From Eledone cirrhosa (lineage: Eukaryota): 64,000 nucleotides of DNA. Of the stretch, positions 1 to 12,383 are shown one piece after another. Each line of letters begins with the position of its first letter. Within the stretch, counting starts at the first letter, position 1. A program made the position numbers and the translations under genes. The notes beneath the pieces are model-generated. The model worked only from the letters and a program-made list of their open reading frames with translations. It was not told where the DNA came from and searched no databases. The DNA lies in NCBI GenBank assembly GCA_964016885.1, contig OZ024755.1, forward strand, positions 36,394,001 through 36,458,000, read 5' to 3'.

Positions 1-35
<35 letters not shown>

Positions 36-156
36 ATGTGTGTGTGTATAGGTATTTATACATATGTATACTCGTGTTTGTATGTATGCGTGTGAGTGTA
101 TTTATTTGTGTATATATGTGTGTGCGTGTGTATGTATGTGTATGTGTGTGTGTATC

Positions 157-233
<77 letters not shown>

Positions 234-302
234 GTGTGTGTGTGTGTATGTGTATATATGTATATATATATATATATATATGTGTATATATGTATATGTT
301 TG

Positions 303-339
<37 letters not shown>

Positions 340-500
340 GTATATGTATATGTATATGTATATATATATATATATGTGCGTATGTATATGTGTATATGTA
401 TTATATATGTATGTGTGTGTACATGAATATATATTTATATATATTTATATATTTTTTATATATGTGTGTATATGTGTTTGTGTGTGTGTTTATGGTTGCG
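1..500. repeat. (TA)n/(TG)n compound microsatellite
   Basis: Direct reading; similar tracts at 1090-2148, 2315-2597, 8712-9320, 9650-10130, 35420-35720, 48320-48388. Confidence 0.97.
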
Positions 501-1089
501 CGTAAGTGTGTGAGTGAGTATGTGTGTCTTTTTTGTTTTTCTGTTTTTTTGTTTTTTTGTTTTTTTGTGAATGTGTCTGTTGATTTTGGCATATTGTTGA
601 TTAGTTTAAGAGAAGTTCGAAGATAATAGTAAGATATGCACTCAGTATTTTGAATCTGTCTGCAGAATTCTCTAGACCTTTGTCACTTAGTAGAACCTTA
701 ATGACTTTAGCTTTTAAAGAATCTCCCTTTTCTTTAATTCTATGGAGCATGACTGACCCCCCACTGATTTTATAGACATCTGTTAGCTTAAGAGAAACTT
801 ATTGACAAGGAATGGTATGCCATCCGAACCTGTTTATAGAATTCTGTCTGCCTTTGTTACTCTAAAAACATAAATAAATATAAATAAAAATAAAAATTAA
901 CTATAGCTTTGTAGAATTAGCTTTTAATGAATTCCCTTTTCTATCAACCAATGACCTACACCCATCCCACTCCCCACCCTCTCCTACCACTTGTAGAGAC
1001 CTATAAATACCATATTTATTTTTTGATACCCAGATTCCTGATGATTTCTAATGAATGAAACAGTTCTAGTCCTGTAGAATCTCATCTAT

Positions 1090-1170
1090 ATTAATACATA
1101 TATATGTATATATATACATATATATGTATATATATACATATATATGTATATATATACATATATATGTATG

Positions 1171-1206
<36 letters not shown>

Positions 1207-1262
1207 CATATATATGTATATATATATACATATATATGTATATATATATATACATATATATG

Positions 1263-1304
<42 letters not shown>

Positions 1305-1336
1305 TATATATGTATATATATATATACATATATATG

Positions 1337-1376
<40 letters not shown>

Positions 1377-1428
1377 TATATATGTATATATATACATATA
1401 TATGTATATATATATATACATATATATG

Positions 1429-1462
<34 letters not shown>

Positions 1463-1536
1463 CATACATATATATGTATATATATACATATATATGTATA
1501 TATATACATATATATGTATATATATACATATATATG

Positions 1537-1572
<36 letters not shown>

Positions 1573-1696
1573 CATATATATACATATATATGTATATATA
1601 TATATTGTTATACTTTGGGAGGGTCATGTTGCCAATATATATATATATATATACATATGTATATATGTGTATATATATATATATAAATATACATAT

Positions 1697-1793
<97 letters not shown>

Positions 1794-1924
1794 TACATAT
1801 ATACACTCCTCGTTTGTTCGTGTTTCCACTACAGAATCCCTACCAACCTGTCGAGTCACCTTAACGTATGTTGAGAACTTTCCTCACAACTTGTTCTACC
1901 AAGCTTTGGAATACTCCTAATAAC

Positions 1925-1966
<42 letters not shown>

Positions 1967-2148
1967 TATATGTATATATGTATATAAATATATATATATA
2001 TGTATATATATATATAAATATATATGTATATATGTATATAAATATATATATATATGTATATATATATATAAATATATATGTATATATGTATATAAATATA
2101 TATATATATATGTATATACATGTATATATATGTATATACATGTATATA
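1090..2148. repeat. (TA)n microsatellite with interspersed TACA/TGTA, interrupted by short unique islands
   Basis: Direct reading; the YIYI ORFs are artefacts. Confidence 0.97.
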
Positions 2149-2310
2149 TCATCATCATCATCATCAATGTTTAACGTCCGTGTTCCACGCTTGCATGGGT
2201 TTGGACGGGGGTAGTCCCACTTGAGGCAAGAGTGATTGTCTCGCTCGCATAGGACTGTCTGGCAGGTTTTCTACAGTTGGATGCCCTTCCTAACACCAAC
2301 CACATTTACA

Positions 2311-2313
<3 letters not shown>
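2149..2313 (-). mobile_element. RTE/SINE shared 3' tail fragment ending in (GAT)n
   Basis: Reverse complement resembles the 3' UTR of the RTE at 52680-52845 (ggttggtgttaggaagggcatcca...ccatgc...gacgttaaac...gatgatgat). Confidence 0.8.
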
Positions 2314-2385
<72 letters not shown>

Positions 2386-2526
2386 TATATATACATTTAC
2401 AGTGCATATATATATATATATATATATATGCATATATATATATATATATGCGTATATATATATATATATATATATGTGTATATATATATATATATGTGTG
2501 TGTATATATATATATATATATGTGTG

Positions 2527-2599
<73 letters not shown>

Positions 2600-3356
2600 T
2601 AGTTTCATTTCCTCTAGTTTCATTAGAAAACAGACAATAATATTTCCTACTTTATTTGGTTTTGTCTTATACCAGAATCTACTGACTTTTCATTTCAATT
2701 CCATAAAGCACTTGGGATCCACATATGAAGGCCACTAGTGAAGCATATGAAATAACATACAGAGCTAATGTCATATTCTGTAAGACTTCAAGAAACCAGC
2801 AAAATAGTGTGGGGGGGGGGGGGGGGTAATGATGATAATAATAATAATAATATTAAAATTTAAATTTAAAAAAAAAACCCCCGAACAAATGGAGCGTGAA
2901 GCTATAAAGTGAGCAAAATAAAATTTATGGAAATATTAATAAATGAATAAAGAAAGTAAATTAAAATAAAAAAGAATAATAATAAATATAGTGAAGTATA
3001 TAAAGCAATAGTAATATCAATTCTACATGAATTTTGCTTTCAAAAGACCTGAACATTTTATGAAATTCTGACAAATAAATTCCCAATTACAATTATGGCA
3101 GCTATCTAACCACTCAACAGATGGCAAAGCAATTAGATTACTTTGGCAAAATTTAGCTAAGACAAAAACTAAAGTAAAAAATATAGAAAGTTTCAAGTTA
3201 ATCCAATTCTAAAATATATCTCAAATCTTGACAAGAAAATTATACTTTCGACATCAAACTTTGGTAAATGAAAGAAATCAGAATTGATGGGGAAAATAGT
3301 GTGAGAAGATAACATCAAATAATCCAACCTCAGTTAAAGACCCTGACAAGAACAAA

Positions 3357-3480
3357 TAATTGTTTCTACTTTTGGTACAAGGCCAGCAATTACCCCAGTG
3401 CATTACTGGTATTTTACTTTATCAACTCCATAAGGATGAAAAGCAAAGTTAACTTTGGCAAGATTTGAACTTAAAATGTA
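3357..3480 (-). mobile_element. tRNA-derived SINE, partial
   Basis: Reverse-complement match to the full copy at 21666-21853. Confidence 0.8.
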
Positions 3481-3485
3481 ACAGC

Positions 3486-4349
3486 CAGTTACAGCCAGCT
3501 GAGTCTGGGAGTCACTTTGTAGTAATAACTAATATTACTACACACTAACCACATTTCAGATAGTCAGTTACAGCCAGCTGAGTCTGGGAGTCACCTTGTA
3601 GTAATAACTAATATTTCTATTTAAAGCTGTATACAGGTATGGTACAACCACACTTGGAATTCGCATCATCAGACTGGAACCCCTATCTTGCTTAGAACAT
3701 TGACCTCCTGGAAACTGTTCAGAGACGTGCAACCAAGCGCATACCCTCCATCAGACACCTACCATACTCTGAACGCCTTGCTTCCCTGGGCATGGATTCA
3801 TTGAAGCTCCAACGTCTGGCAATGGACTTGGTAAACACCCACAAATTTATTAACCATCTCGCCAAGAACAACCCTGAGCACCTTTTTGATCTCCATGTGT
3901 CTAACACACGTGGACATGCCTACAAAGTCAGAAAACTGCACAGCTCCCATGACTTTCGGAAATATTTTTTCACGCTTAGAGTTGCTGAAGCATGAAGCAA
4001 ACTACCTGCATCAGTTGTTACCTGCCGAGACAGTGCATCCTTTAAAACCCTCATGCTTTCCGAAATTCGCCAAAACTACACCTGATGTACCCCTTCCATA
4101 CACTTGCACACGTGTATATCATGATTCATGCACTGTTCATTTTCCTGACATTTGTACATTACCCTATGTACTACACATACACTTTTTGATGAGTTGTAGT
4201 GCACCTGAGCACTGTACACAATATTTTCATTATTATTATTTTCAAATAATACTACACACTAACCACATTTCAGATAGTCAGTTATAGCCAGCTGAGTCTG
4301 GGAGTCACCTTGTAGTAATAACTAATATTACTACACACTAACCACATTT
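3486..4349. repeat. 79-bp tandem repeat (about 3 units) interrupted by a CR1 fragment
   Basis: cagttacagccagctgagtctgggagtcac...ctacacactaaccacatttcagatagt at 3486, 3565 and ~4279. Confidence 0.85.
3618..4240 (+). mobile_element. CR1-clade LINE 3' fragment (decayed ORF2 C-terminus, 3' UTR, ATT tail)
   Basis: Translates to LKLYTGMVQPHLEFASSDWNPY..LETVQRRATK..LPYSERLASLG..NTRGHAYK..RKYFFTLRV, a typical CR1 C-terminus, with internal stops. Confidence 0.88.
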
Positions 4350-4386
4350 TGCATACAGCCACATATAGAATTTTGTCCTTGTTTAA

Positions 4387-4594
4387 CCCTTTAGCATTTA
4401 AACAGGCCTTATCCAGCCAGAACTCTCTCACCTCTTTCTGTTCAAACCGGCTGAAACTGGCCGATCATACCTATGTTAAGATATTGTTCTCAAAATAAAT
4501 AACCACAAAATCTCGTAATTTCGATATTATTTAAGGTAAAGCCCTTACCATGAAAATACAATAGTAAATATAGAGTAACGTAAATGCTAAAGGG
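4387..4594 (+). mobile_element. piggyBac-like MITE, basic ~210-bp copy
   Basis: TTAA|CCCTTTAGCATTTA ... TAAATGCTAAAGGG|TTAA: 14-bp TIRs with TTAA target duplication. Confidence 0.85.
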
Positions 4595-4741
4595 TTAACT
4601 CTTTTGATAGCAAACCACCTGAAACCATCACTGGCTCTACAATACTAACGTGTTTGTTTTAAGGTGTTTATATTTATCTAAAAACCTATCATAATTTCAC
4701 GTGTGAATCTTTGTTAACTTTGCTCCAAATATCAACTTAAG

Positions 4742-4920
4742 AATTGTTCCTACTTTTGGCACAAGGCCAGCAATTATCCAAGTGCATTACTGGTACTTTA
4801 TTTTATCGACCCCATAAGGATGAAAGGCAAAGTTAACCTCGGCAGGATTTGAACTCAAAACGTAAAGGGCTATAACTCTATGCTGAAAAGCATGGTATCT
4901 GACACTACCGATACTGCCAA
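4742..4920 (-). mobile_element. tRNA-derived SINE
   Basis: Reverse-complement match to 21666-21853. Confidence 0.85.
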
Positions 4921-5041
4921 GAGATGGAAAGTGATAAGCACGAGCGTATCTAAGTAGGCAGTGAGTGAAAATGTAATGGTCGTTTCGGCATGCTAGCACC
5001 AATGAGTGCAGTCATCTTCTCTAATAACGCATGTCACTAAC

Positions 5042-5330
5042 ACTACTACTACTACTACGGCCGAGTTTACACTCGCAAAGATTCAGCACACTTTCTCCAA
5101 TCATCCCGGTCGAGCATGACATTTCTCAGTTCATTGATGTTATCAATGTTGACATCTCTCAGCAGGGTATCAATGAATGAGACGGCCTGTCTTCCCACAC
5201 TTCTTTGCCCGACTGTCAGTTTCCAGAGCACAAGTTGTGATGATATCTCTTCTGGATGACAGATGCAGTGCCCAGCCAGTTTCATTCGTCTCCACGCAAC
5301 TTTTTTTGAGACTGGTGGTAGTGATCTGTA
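5042..5330 (-). mobile_element. RTE-type LINE 3' fragment with (TAG)n tail
   Basis: MKLAGHCICHPEEISSQLVLW..GRQAVSFIDTLLRD..MLDRDDWRK is an RTE ORF C-terminus. Confidence 0.8.
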
Positions 5331-5590
5331 TCTAATAATTACAGGTCTTTTTCAGCTCCTTTATGAGGTTCAGATATTTTAGATCCATAACTTTTGAGGT
5401 TTTTCTCTTACACATGTTCCACTTCTAGTACTTAGCACTTCTTTATACAACCTAATGTAATTCTATATTTCTAAAATACATTGCTAACTTGTCATTCAAA
5501 TGATATTTCACCAAGTTTCAATAATTTTATGTGGCCAAAATTAACGATACTTTATCAATATTTAATTATATTTCATTGATCATCAATTAA

Positions 5591-6021
5591 CCCTTTAGCA
5601 TTTAAATCGGCCAGAATTCTCTCACCCCTTTATGTTAAAACCAGTCAAATCCAGCCAAAATTCTCTCACCCCTTTCATTTCAAACCAGTCAAATCTTGCC
5701 AGAATTCTCTCACCCCTTTCAGTTCAAACTGGTCAAATCTGGCCAGAATTCTCTCACCCCTTTCAGTTCAAACTGATCAAATCCGGCCAGAATTCTCTCA
5801 CCCCTTTCTGTTCAAACCGGTCAAATCTGGCCAGAATTCTCTCACCTCTTCCAGTTCAAACCAGCTGTAATCAGCCACTCATACTGACGTTAAGGTGTTT
5901 TTCTCAAAATAAATAATATCAAAATCTCATAGATTCAATATTATGTGAGATATTTATGTAAGATAAAGCCTTTACCACAAAAATACAACAGTAAATATAG
6001 AGTAATGTAAATGCTAAAGGG
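5591..6021 (+). mobile_element. piggyBac-like MITE with six internal 44-bp tandem units
   Basis: Same TIRs and TTAA flanks as 4387-4594; ttctctcacc recurs at 5617, 5661, 5705, 5749, 5793, 5837. Confidence 0.87.
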
Positions 6022-6283
6022 TTAAACGACCTCCAGCAATGAATGCTCCAGTAATTTCTAATATCATTATTCTCTATCAATCTGAAAACAATATTTGAAT
6101 ACAAATAAATGATAACAATCAATAGGTGATCAAGATGAGATGAAATGTCCCCGGGGGAGGGGGGGGGGGGGGGGGTAACCCTTCATTTGTTTGTTTGCCT
6201 TCTTACAAGATGACATCACTATATCTTCTATTATTCCTTTCTCTACCACCTCCCCTTCCCAACAAACAATCTCTTTCTCCCAA

Positions 6284-6475
6284 TCTATATAATACTAAAA
6301 CTCTGTGATTGCTTGCTTGCTTGTCTGTAATGTAATACAGCCAAAAGGGTGCATACTGGGAAAATACTTTGAGAGGAAGTTGCCCCTGAAATGGGAATAC
6401 AAATGGAAAAAAACAAGTTTTGTGTAAATCAGAACACGGGTTCCAGGATATGGGGTTTTTCTGGGTACCTTCTTA
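6284..6475 (+). mobile_element. Non-autonomous Helitron, 5' part
   Basis: A|TCTATATAATACTAAAA start; homologous to 36669-37244. Confidence 0.6.
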
Positions 6476-6623
6476 AACAGAGAGAGAGAAAGATAGAGAG
6501 CAAGAGATTGTGTTTGTGAGAGAGTAGATTGAAAGAGAGACATAGAGAGAGAGAGAGGAGACAGAGAAGAATGGAAGAGAGAGAGAGAGAGAGAGCTGGT
6601 GGTGGTGTTTATATATATTTATA

Positions 6624-6665
<42 letters not shown>

Positions 6666-6667
6666 AT

Positions 6668-6823
6668 CAGTTGGTGTTAGGAAGGGCATCCAGCCATAGA
6701 AAACCTGCCAGATAGTCCTATACGAGCAAGACACGGTCACCCGACCAATCTTGCCTCAAGTGGGACAATTCCCGTCTAACCCATGCTAGTGTGGAAGATA
6801 GACATTAAAACGATGATGATGAT
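6668..6823 (+). mobile_element. RTE/SINE shared 3' tail fragment
   Basis: Matches 52685-52845 and ends in (GAT)n. Confidence 0.8.
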
Positions 6824-7254
6824 ATGTCACCACCGGCGAATGCAAAAAAGGAAAGTTAACCAGGAATCTTTCAAAGTCTTCCCACTGAAGTTAACAAAGA
6901 ACTTACTAGATCTACCAACTTATAATATTATAATATTATAAAATTAAATCAAATTGTTTAGAACTACAAGTGAAGTCATTCTTTTCCTTTTTTTTCAAAC
7001 ACACATACACACACACATACATATAGGGTGTCCCAAATGTATACCCACTTTGATTACCTGTACAGGCAATATTTATTAGAATGCTGTTAAAATGTGTATA
7101 CATTTTGGGGGGGGACACCCTGTGTATGTGTGTGTGTTTGTATGTATATATATATATATAGAGAGAGAGAGATGGGGGGGGGTATCTCTCGCCTGTTTCT
7201 AAAATGTTAGTAAGAATGAAAAGCATTATTTCTGACTAAAAGATTGGGAAGAGG

Positions 7255-7449
7255 GTCGGATTGGCAGTATTGGTAGAGGGTCAGACACCATGCTTTGTTT
7301 GCGGCACAGAGTTACGGCCCTTTACGATCTGAGTTCAAATCCCGCCGAGGTTAACTTTGCCTTTCATCCTTACGGGGTCGATAAAATAAAGTACCAGTGA
7401 TGCACTGGGGGTAATTGCTGGCCTTGTGCCAAAAGTAGAAACAATTATT
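7255..7449 (+). mobile_element. tRNA-derived SINE
   Basis: A-box-like TGGCAGTATTGG, B-box GAGTTCAAATCC, core gcctttcatccttacggggtcgataaaat; flanked by attattt(c/t)tgactaaa repeats. Confidence 0.88.
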
Positions 7450-8357
7450 TTTGACTAAATTTAATCAAACATGCTGGGAAACGTTACTAGGGTAAATGAT
7501 ACCGTCCTATTAAGTCGAGTGACAAAGGATAAAGGCAAAACACATATTACTGGCTAAAATAATGAACCTCCTAAATATAGACCTGACACACTAAAACTAT
7601 CAATGATCTTAGCAATATCACTTCAACAGCTATAAACCTAAAACCTTCATCTCAAAAGCATGATTATCAAAATTGAAGTTCTCACCATGATCACTATCAT
7701 TTGTTCCATGCACACTTTAATGAGTGAAGTAGCATGAATGTCTTTTCCAAGGACACAGTAATATCTGAAATAGAATCAAACCTTACAAACATTCCCGAAG
7801 CACAATACATGCCAGCATCTAATCAGCTCAGACATAGTAGTTCCTTGTTTTATCAAAAATGCCCTTTTCTTTTTCTATATGAGTCTATCTCTCATTAGCT
7901 GCTTGTCTTCAACAGTTTTTTATACATTTTTATCATCCTCACCACCACCGCTGCCGCCAATACAACCATTATCCATTTTCCATCACTTTTTCCATGACAG
8001 CAATAGCTGGATAAGTTTGCAAAATCATCAAATTTCTTTCTCTTTATTTTATTTTTCATCCAAACACAGTTCAATGCTTTCCTAATCAGCCAACCATAAA
8101 ACAGAATGTGGTACCTATTTTTAATAGAAATTATAGATTAAGGCATGAGTGCTACCTTGTCTAGGAAGCAGCGCAACATAATAACGCCTATGGCAGGTTT
8201 GATATTTCTATATGCGCACTCAAGACTTCTCTTGCTTTTCGTCTCTTTCCGCTCCAACACATACTATATATGGTGGTGTTGTTTTGTTGCTTTTGGAATC
8301 TATTCTCACTCAATTCTTACAGTCCAATCATTATTGTTGTAAAACAAAAATATTAAA

Positions 8358-8421
<64 letters not shown>

Positions 8422-8707
8422 AAAAGAAAAAAACAGTTCAGCTTCTTTTCTTAATCTTATTCAATTCTTTGTGAAGTATACAGCTCATTCTGCAATATCT
8501 TCATCACAATTTTGCTCCAAGACATCCACATTTTTTTCATCTTACACTATTATCAAATAACATTCCTAAAATACACACATGTACACACAGACACGCTGAA
8601 GACTGTTCAATTTTATCTCATTCTCATTTCTAAAATAATGCTATAATAAAAAATTAATAAAAATAGGCATTTGCTTTCATTATTATTACATAACCATTTT
8701 CATTTTC

Positions 8708-8759
<52 letters not shown>

Positions 8760-9004
8760 TAATCACATGTATATATGTAAATATATATTTGCATATATAT
8801 ATGCACACATCATCAGGCATATACATACATATACATATATACACACACACACACACATATACATGCATGCACATACAATTACATATATATACATGCATAC
8901 ATTCATAATCATATATATACATACACATCATTATCATATATATATATATATATGTGTGTGCGTGTGTGTGTATATATATATATATGCATATATATATATG
9001 TATG

Positions 9005-9072
<68 letters not shown>

Positions 9073-9142
9073 TGTATATATATATGCATGTATATATATA
9101 TACATATATATATGTATATATATATGCATGTATGTATATATG

Positions 9143-9178
<36 letters not shown>

Positions 9179-9186
9179 TGTATGTA

Positions 9187-9220
<34 letters not shown>

Positions 9221-9257
9221 CAAATATATATACATATATATATATGCATGATGCATC

Positions 9258-9303
<46 letters not shown>

Positions 9304-9686
9304 TGATGATATATATATATATCAGATTAGTCCAGCCCACCACTAAGAAAAATCACTTTCCTAGTTTCCAGAAAATAAAAACAAAGAACTCAATAGATTT
9401 AATTATGTGCAGTTAGTTGCAGAAACATTCCGTTCATTTTCCAAGAATATTCAATATTTTCATTGTTTGCTAATCTAGAAGCAAGCAATTGCTTCTTCTA
9501 AGTGAGAGACCATCTTAGATCTTATATAGGCACAGACACTAAGCTATATATTTCATCTGGGTTGATATCAATTATCTACAATAGATTAGATATGCTTCAG
9601 TGTGATATTAAGTTATTTCATTTAGAGATATGACTTAGTCCATGCATGTATATGTGAGTGTGTGTGTGTGTATATATGTGTGTGTA

Positions 9687-9834
<148 letters not shown>

Positions 9835-9956
9835 TATATAGTGAAAACTGGGACGGGAACAAAAACAGAGAGAAAGTACAAACAAAGGTTTATTAGTTTC
9901 ATGCTCTCGAGAGTGGGGAGGGGGGGGGGGGGTATATCATCATCATCATCATCATC

Positions 9957-9998
<42 letters not shown>

Positions 9999-10070
9999 GA
10001 TATGCTTCAGTGTGATATTAAGTTATTTCACTTAGAGATATGACTTAGTCCATGTATGTATATGTGAGAG

Positions 10071-10130
<60 letters not shown>

Positions 10131-10419
10131 TACATGTACAGTGAGATGAGTATGTGTTTATATTCAAGTACACGCAGTCGTCTTTCTTTAAGAGAAATAG
10201 ATATTAGGAGATTCGAGAAGAATAATTACATATATACATATAGGTGTGTATGTGTGTATATATGTATATATTTGAGAGAGGGTGTGGCAGAGATAGAGAG
10301 GGGGGAGACATCTTTAGGAGATTAACAAGCCCAAGGCCTCTTCTGTCTGAGAAAAATATAATTTTGCTCCAACAGAAAAAAAATTGCGCTCATGAGATAA
10401 TGATTCTAAAACATGACAC

Positions 10420-11970
10420 ACAGTCTACATACATACATACAGTCATAGAGATATACACAGTCTACATACATACATACAGTCATAGAGATATACACAGTCT
10501 ACATACATACATACATACAGTCATAGAGATATACAGTCTACATACATACATACATACATACATACATACACACATACAGTCATAGAGATATACACAGTCT
10601 ACATACATACATACAGTCATAGAGATATACACAGTCTACATACATACATACAGTCATAGAGATATACACAGTCTACATACATACATACATACAGTCATAG
10701 AGATATACAGTCTACATACATACATACATACATACATACATACACACATACAGTCATAGAGATATACACAGTCTACATACATACATACAGTCATAGAGAT
10801 ATACACAGTCTACATACATACATACATACATACACACATACAGTCATAGAGATATACACAGTCTAAATACATACATACATACAGTCATAGAGATATACAC
10901 AGTCTACATACATACATACAGTCATAGAGATATACAGTCTACATACATACATACAGTCATAGAGATATACACAGTCTACATACATACATACATACATACA
11001 GTCATAGAGATATACAGTCTACATACATACATACATACATACAGTCATAGAGATATACACAGTCTACATACATACATACATACATACAGTCATAGAGATA
11101 TACACAGTCTACATACATACATACATACATACATACATAGTCATAGAGATATACACAGTCTACATACATACATACAGTCATAGATATACACAGTCTACAT
11201 ACATACATACAGTCATAGATATACACAGTCTACATACATACATACAGTCAGAGATATACACAGTCTACATACATACATACAGTCAGAGATATACACAGTC
11301 TACATACATACATACAGTCATAGAGATATACACAATCTACATACATACATACAGTCATAGAGATATACACAATCTACATACATACATACAGTCATAGAGA
11401 TATACACAATCTACATACATACATACAGTCATAGAGATATACACAGTCTACATACATACATACAGTCATAGAGATATACACAATCTACATACATACATAC
11501 AGTCATAGAGATATACACAGTCTACATACACACATAGTCATAGAGATATACACAGTCTACATACATACATACATAGATACATACATACATACAGTCATAG
11601 AGATATACACAGTCTACATACATACATACATACAGTCATAGAGATATACAGTCTACATACATACATACATACATACAGATATACACAGTCTACATACATA
11701 CATACATACATACATAGTCATAGAGATATACAGTCTACATACATGCATACAGTCATAGAGATATACACAGTCTACATACATACATACAGTCAGAGATATA
11801 CACAGTCTACATACATACATACATACATACATACATAGTCATAGACATATACACAGTCTACATACATACATACAGTCAGAGATATACACAGCCTACATAC
11901 ATACATACAGTCATAGAGATATACACAGTCTACATACATACATACAGTCATAGAGATATAGACAGTCTAC
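10420..11970. repeat. Minisatellite: cagtcatagagatatacacagtct + variable (ACAT)n
   Basis: Direct reading; resumes at 18781-19000 after the nested insertions. Confidence 0.95.
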
Positions 11971-12013
11971 ATGATGATGGCTGCCCCCTCGTTATCGAGT
12001 ATGGCCATTGCAC
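11970..12013 (-). mobile_element. Probable 3' terminus ((CAT)n tail) of the zinc-finger RTE fragment at 18298-18780, displaced by the Tx1 insertion
   Basis: Reverse complement ends gcagccatcatcat, like the related element ending at 45384 (gcagccatcat). Confidence 0.6.
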
Positions 12014-12034
12014 AATAAAAAAAAAAAATAAAAA

Positions 12035-12123
<89 letters not shown>

Positions 12124-12383
12124 TTTCTTTATTAACCACAAGGGTTTACATAAAGTAGACATTAAGGACAGTGCAGGACAATGCAGGACGGTACAAATGG
12201 GCATTTCTGCGTGTAAAAAAACAAAAATAGAGGATGTAACAAAAATAACAATGAAAATAACAATGAAAAATTCCCCAATAGGGGGGAGACTTCGGAGGGA
12301 CATTTGTGGAGAAAGCCCAGTAAAAAGCCACAATGACCCTGACCACCAAGGCAAGTGCCCTCTCCCAGTTTTCCACCTTTAGT

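Noticed and set aside
26-2738. Long YIYI/CVCV ORFs
   Set aside because: Translations of TA/TG microsatellites; the same applies at 8.7-10.3 kb, 35.4-35.7 kb and elsewhere.
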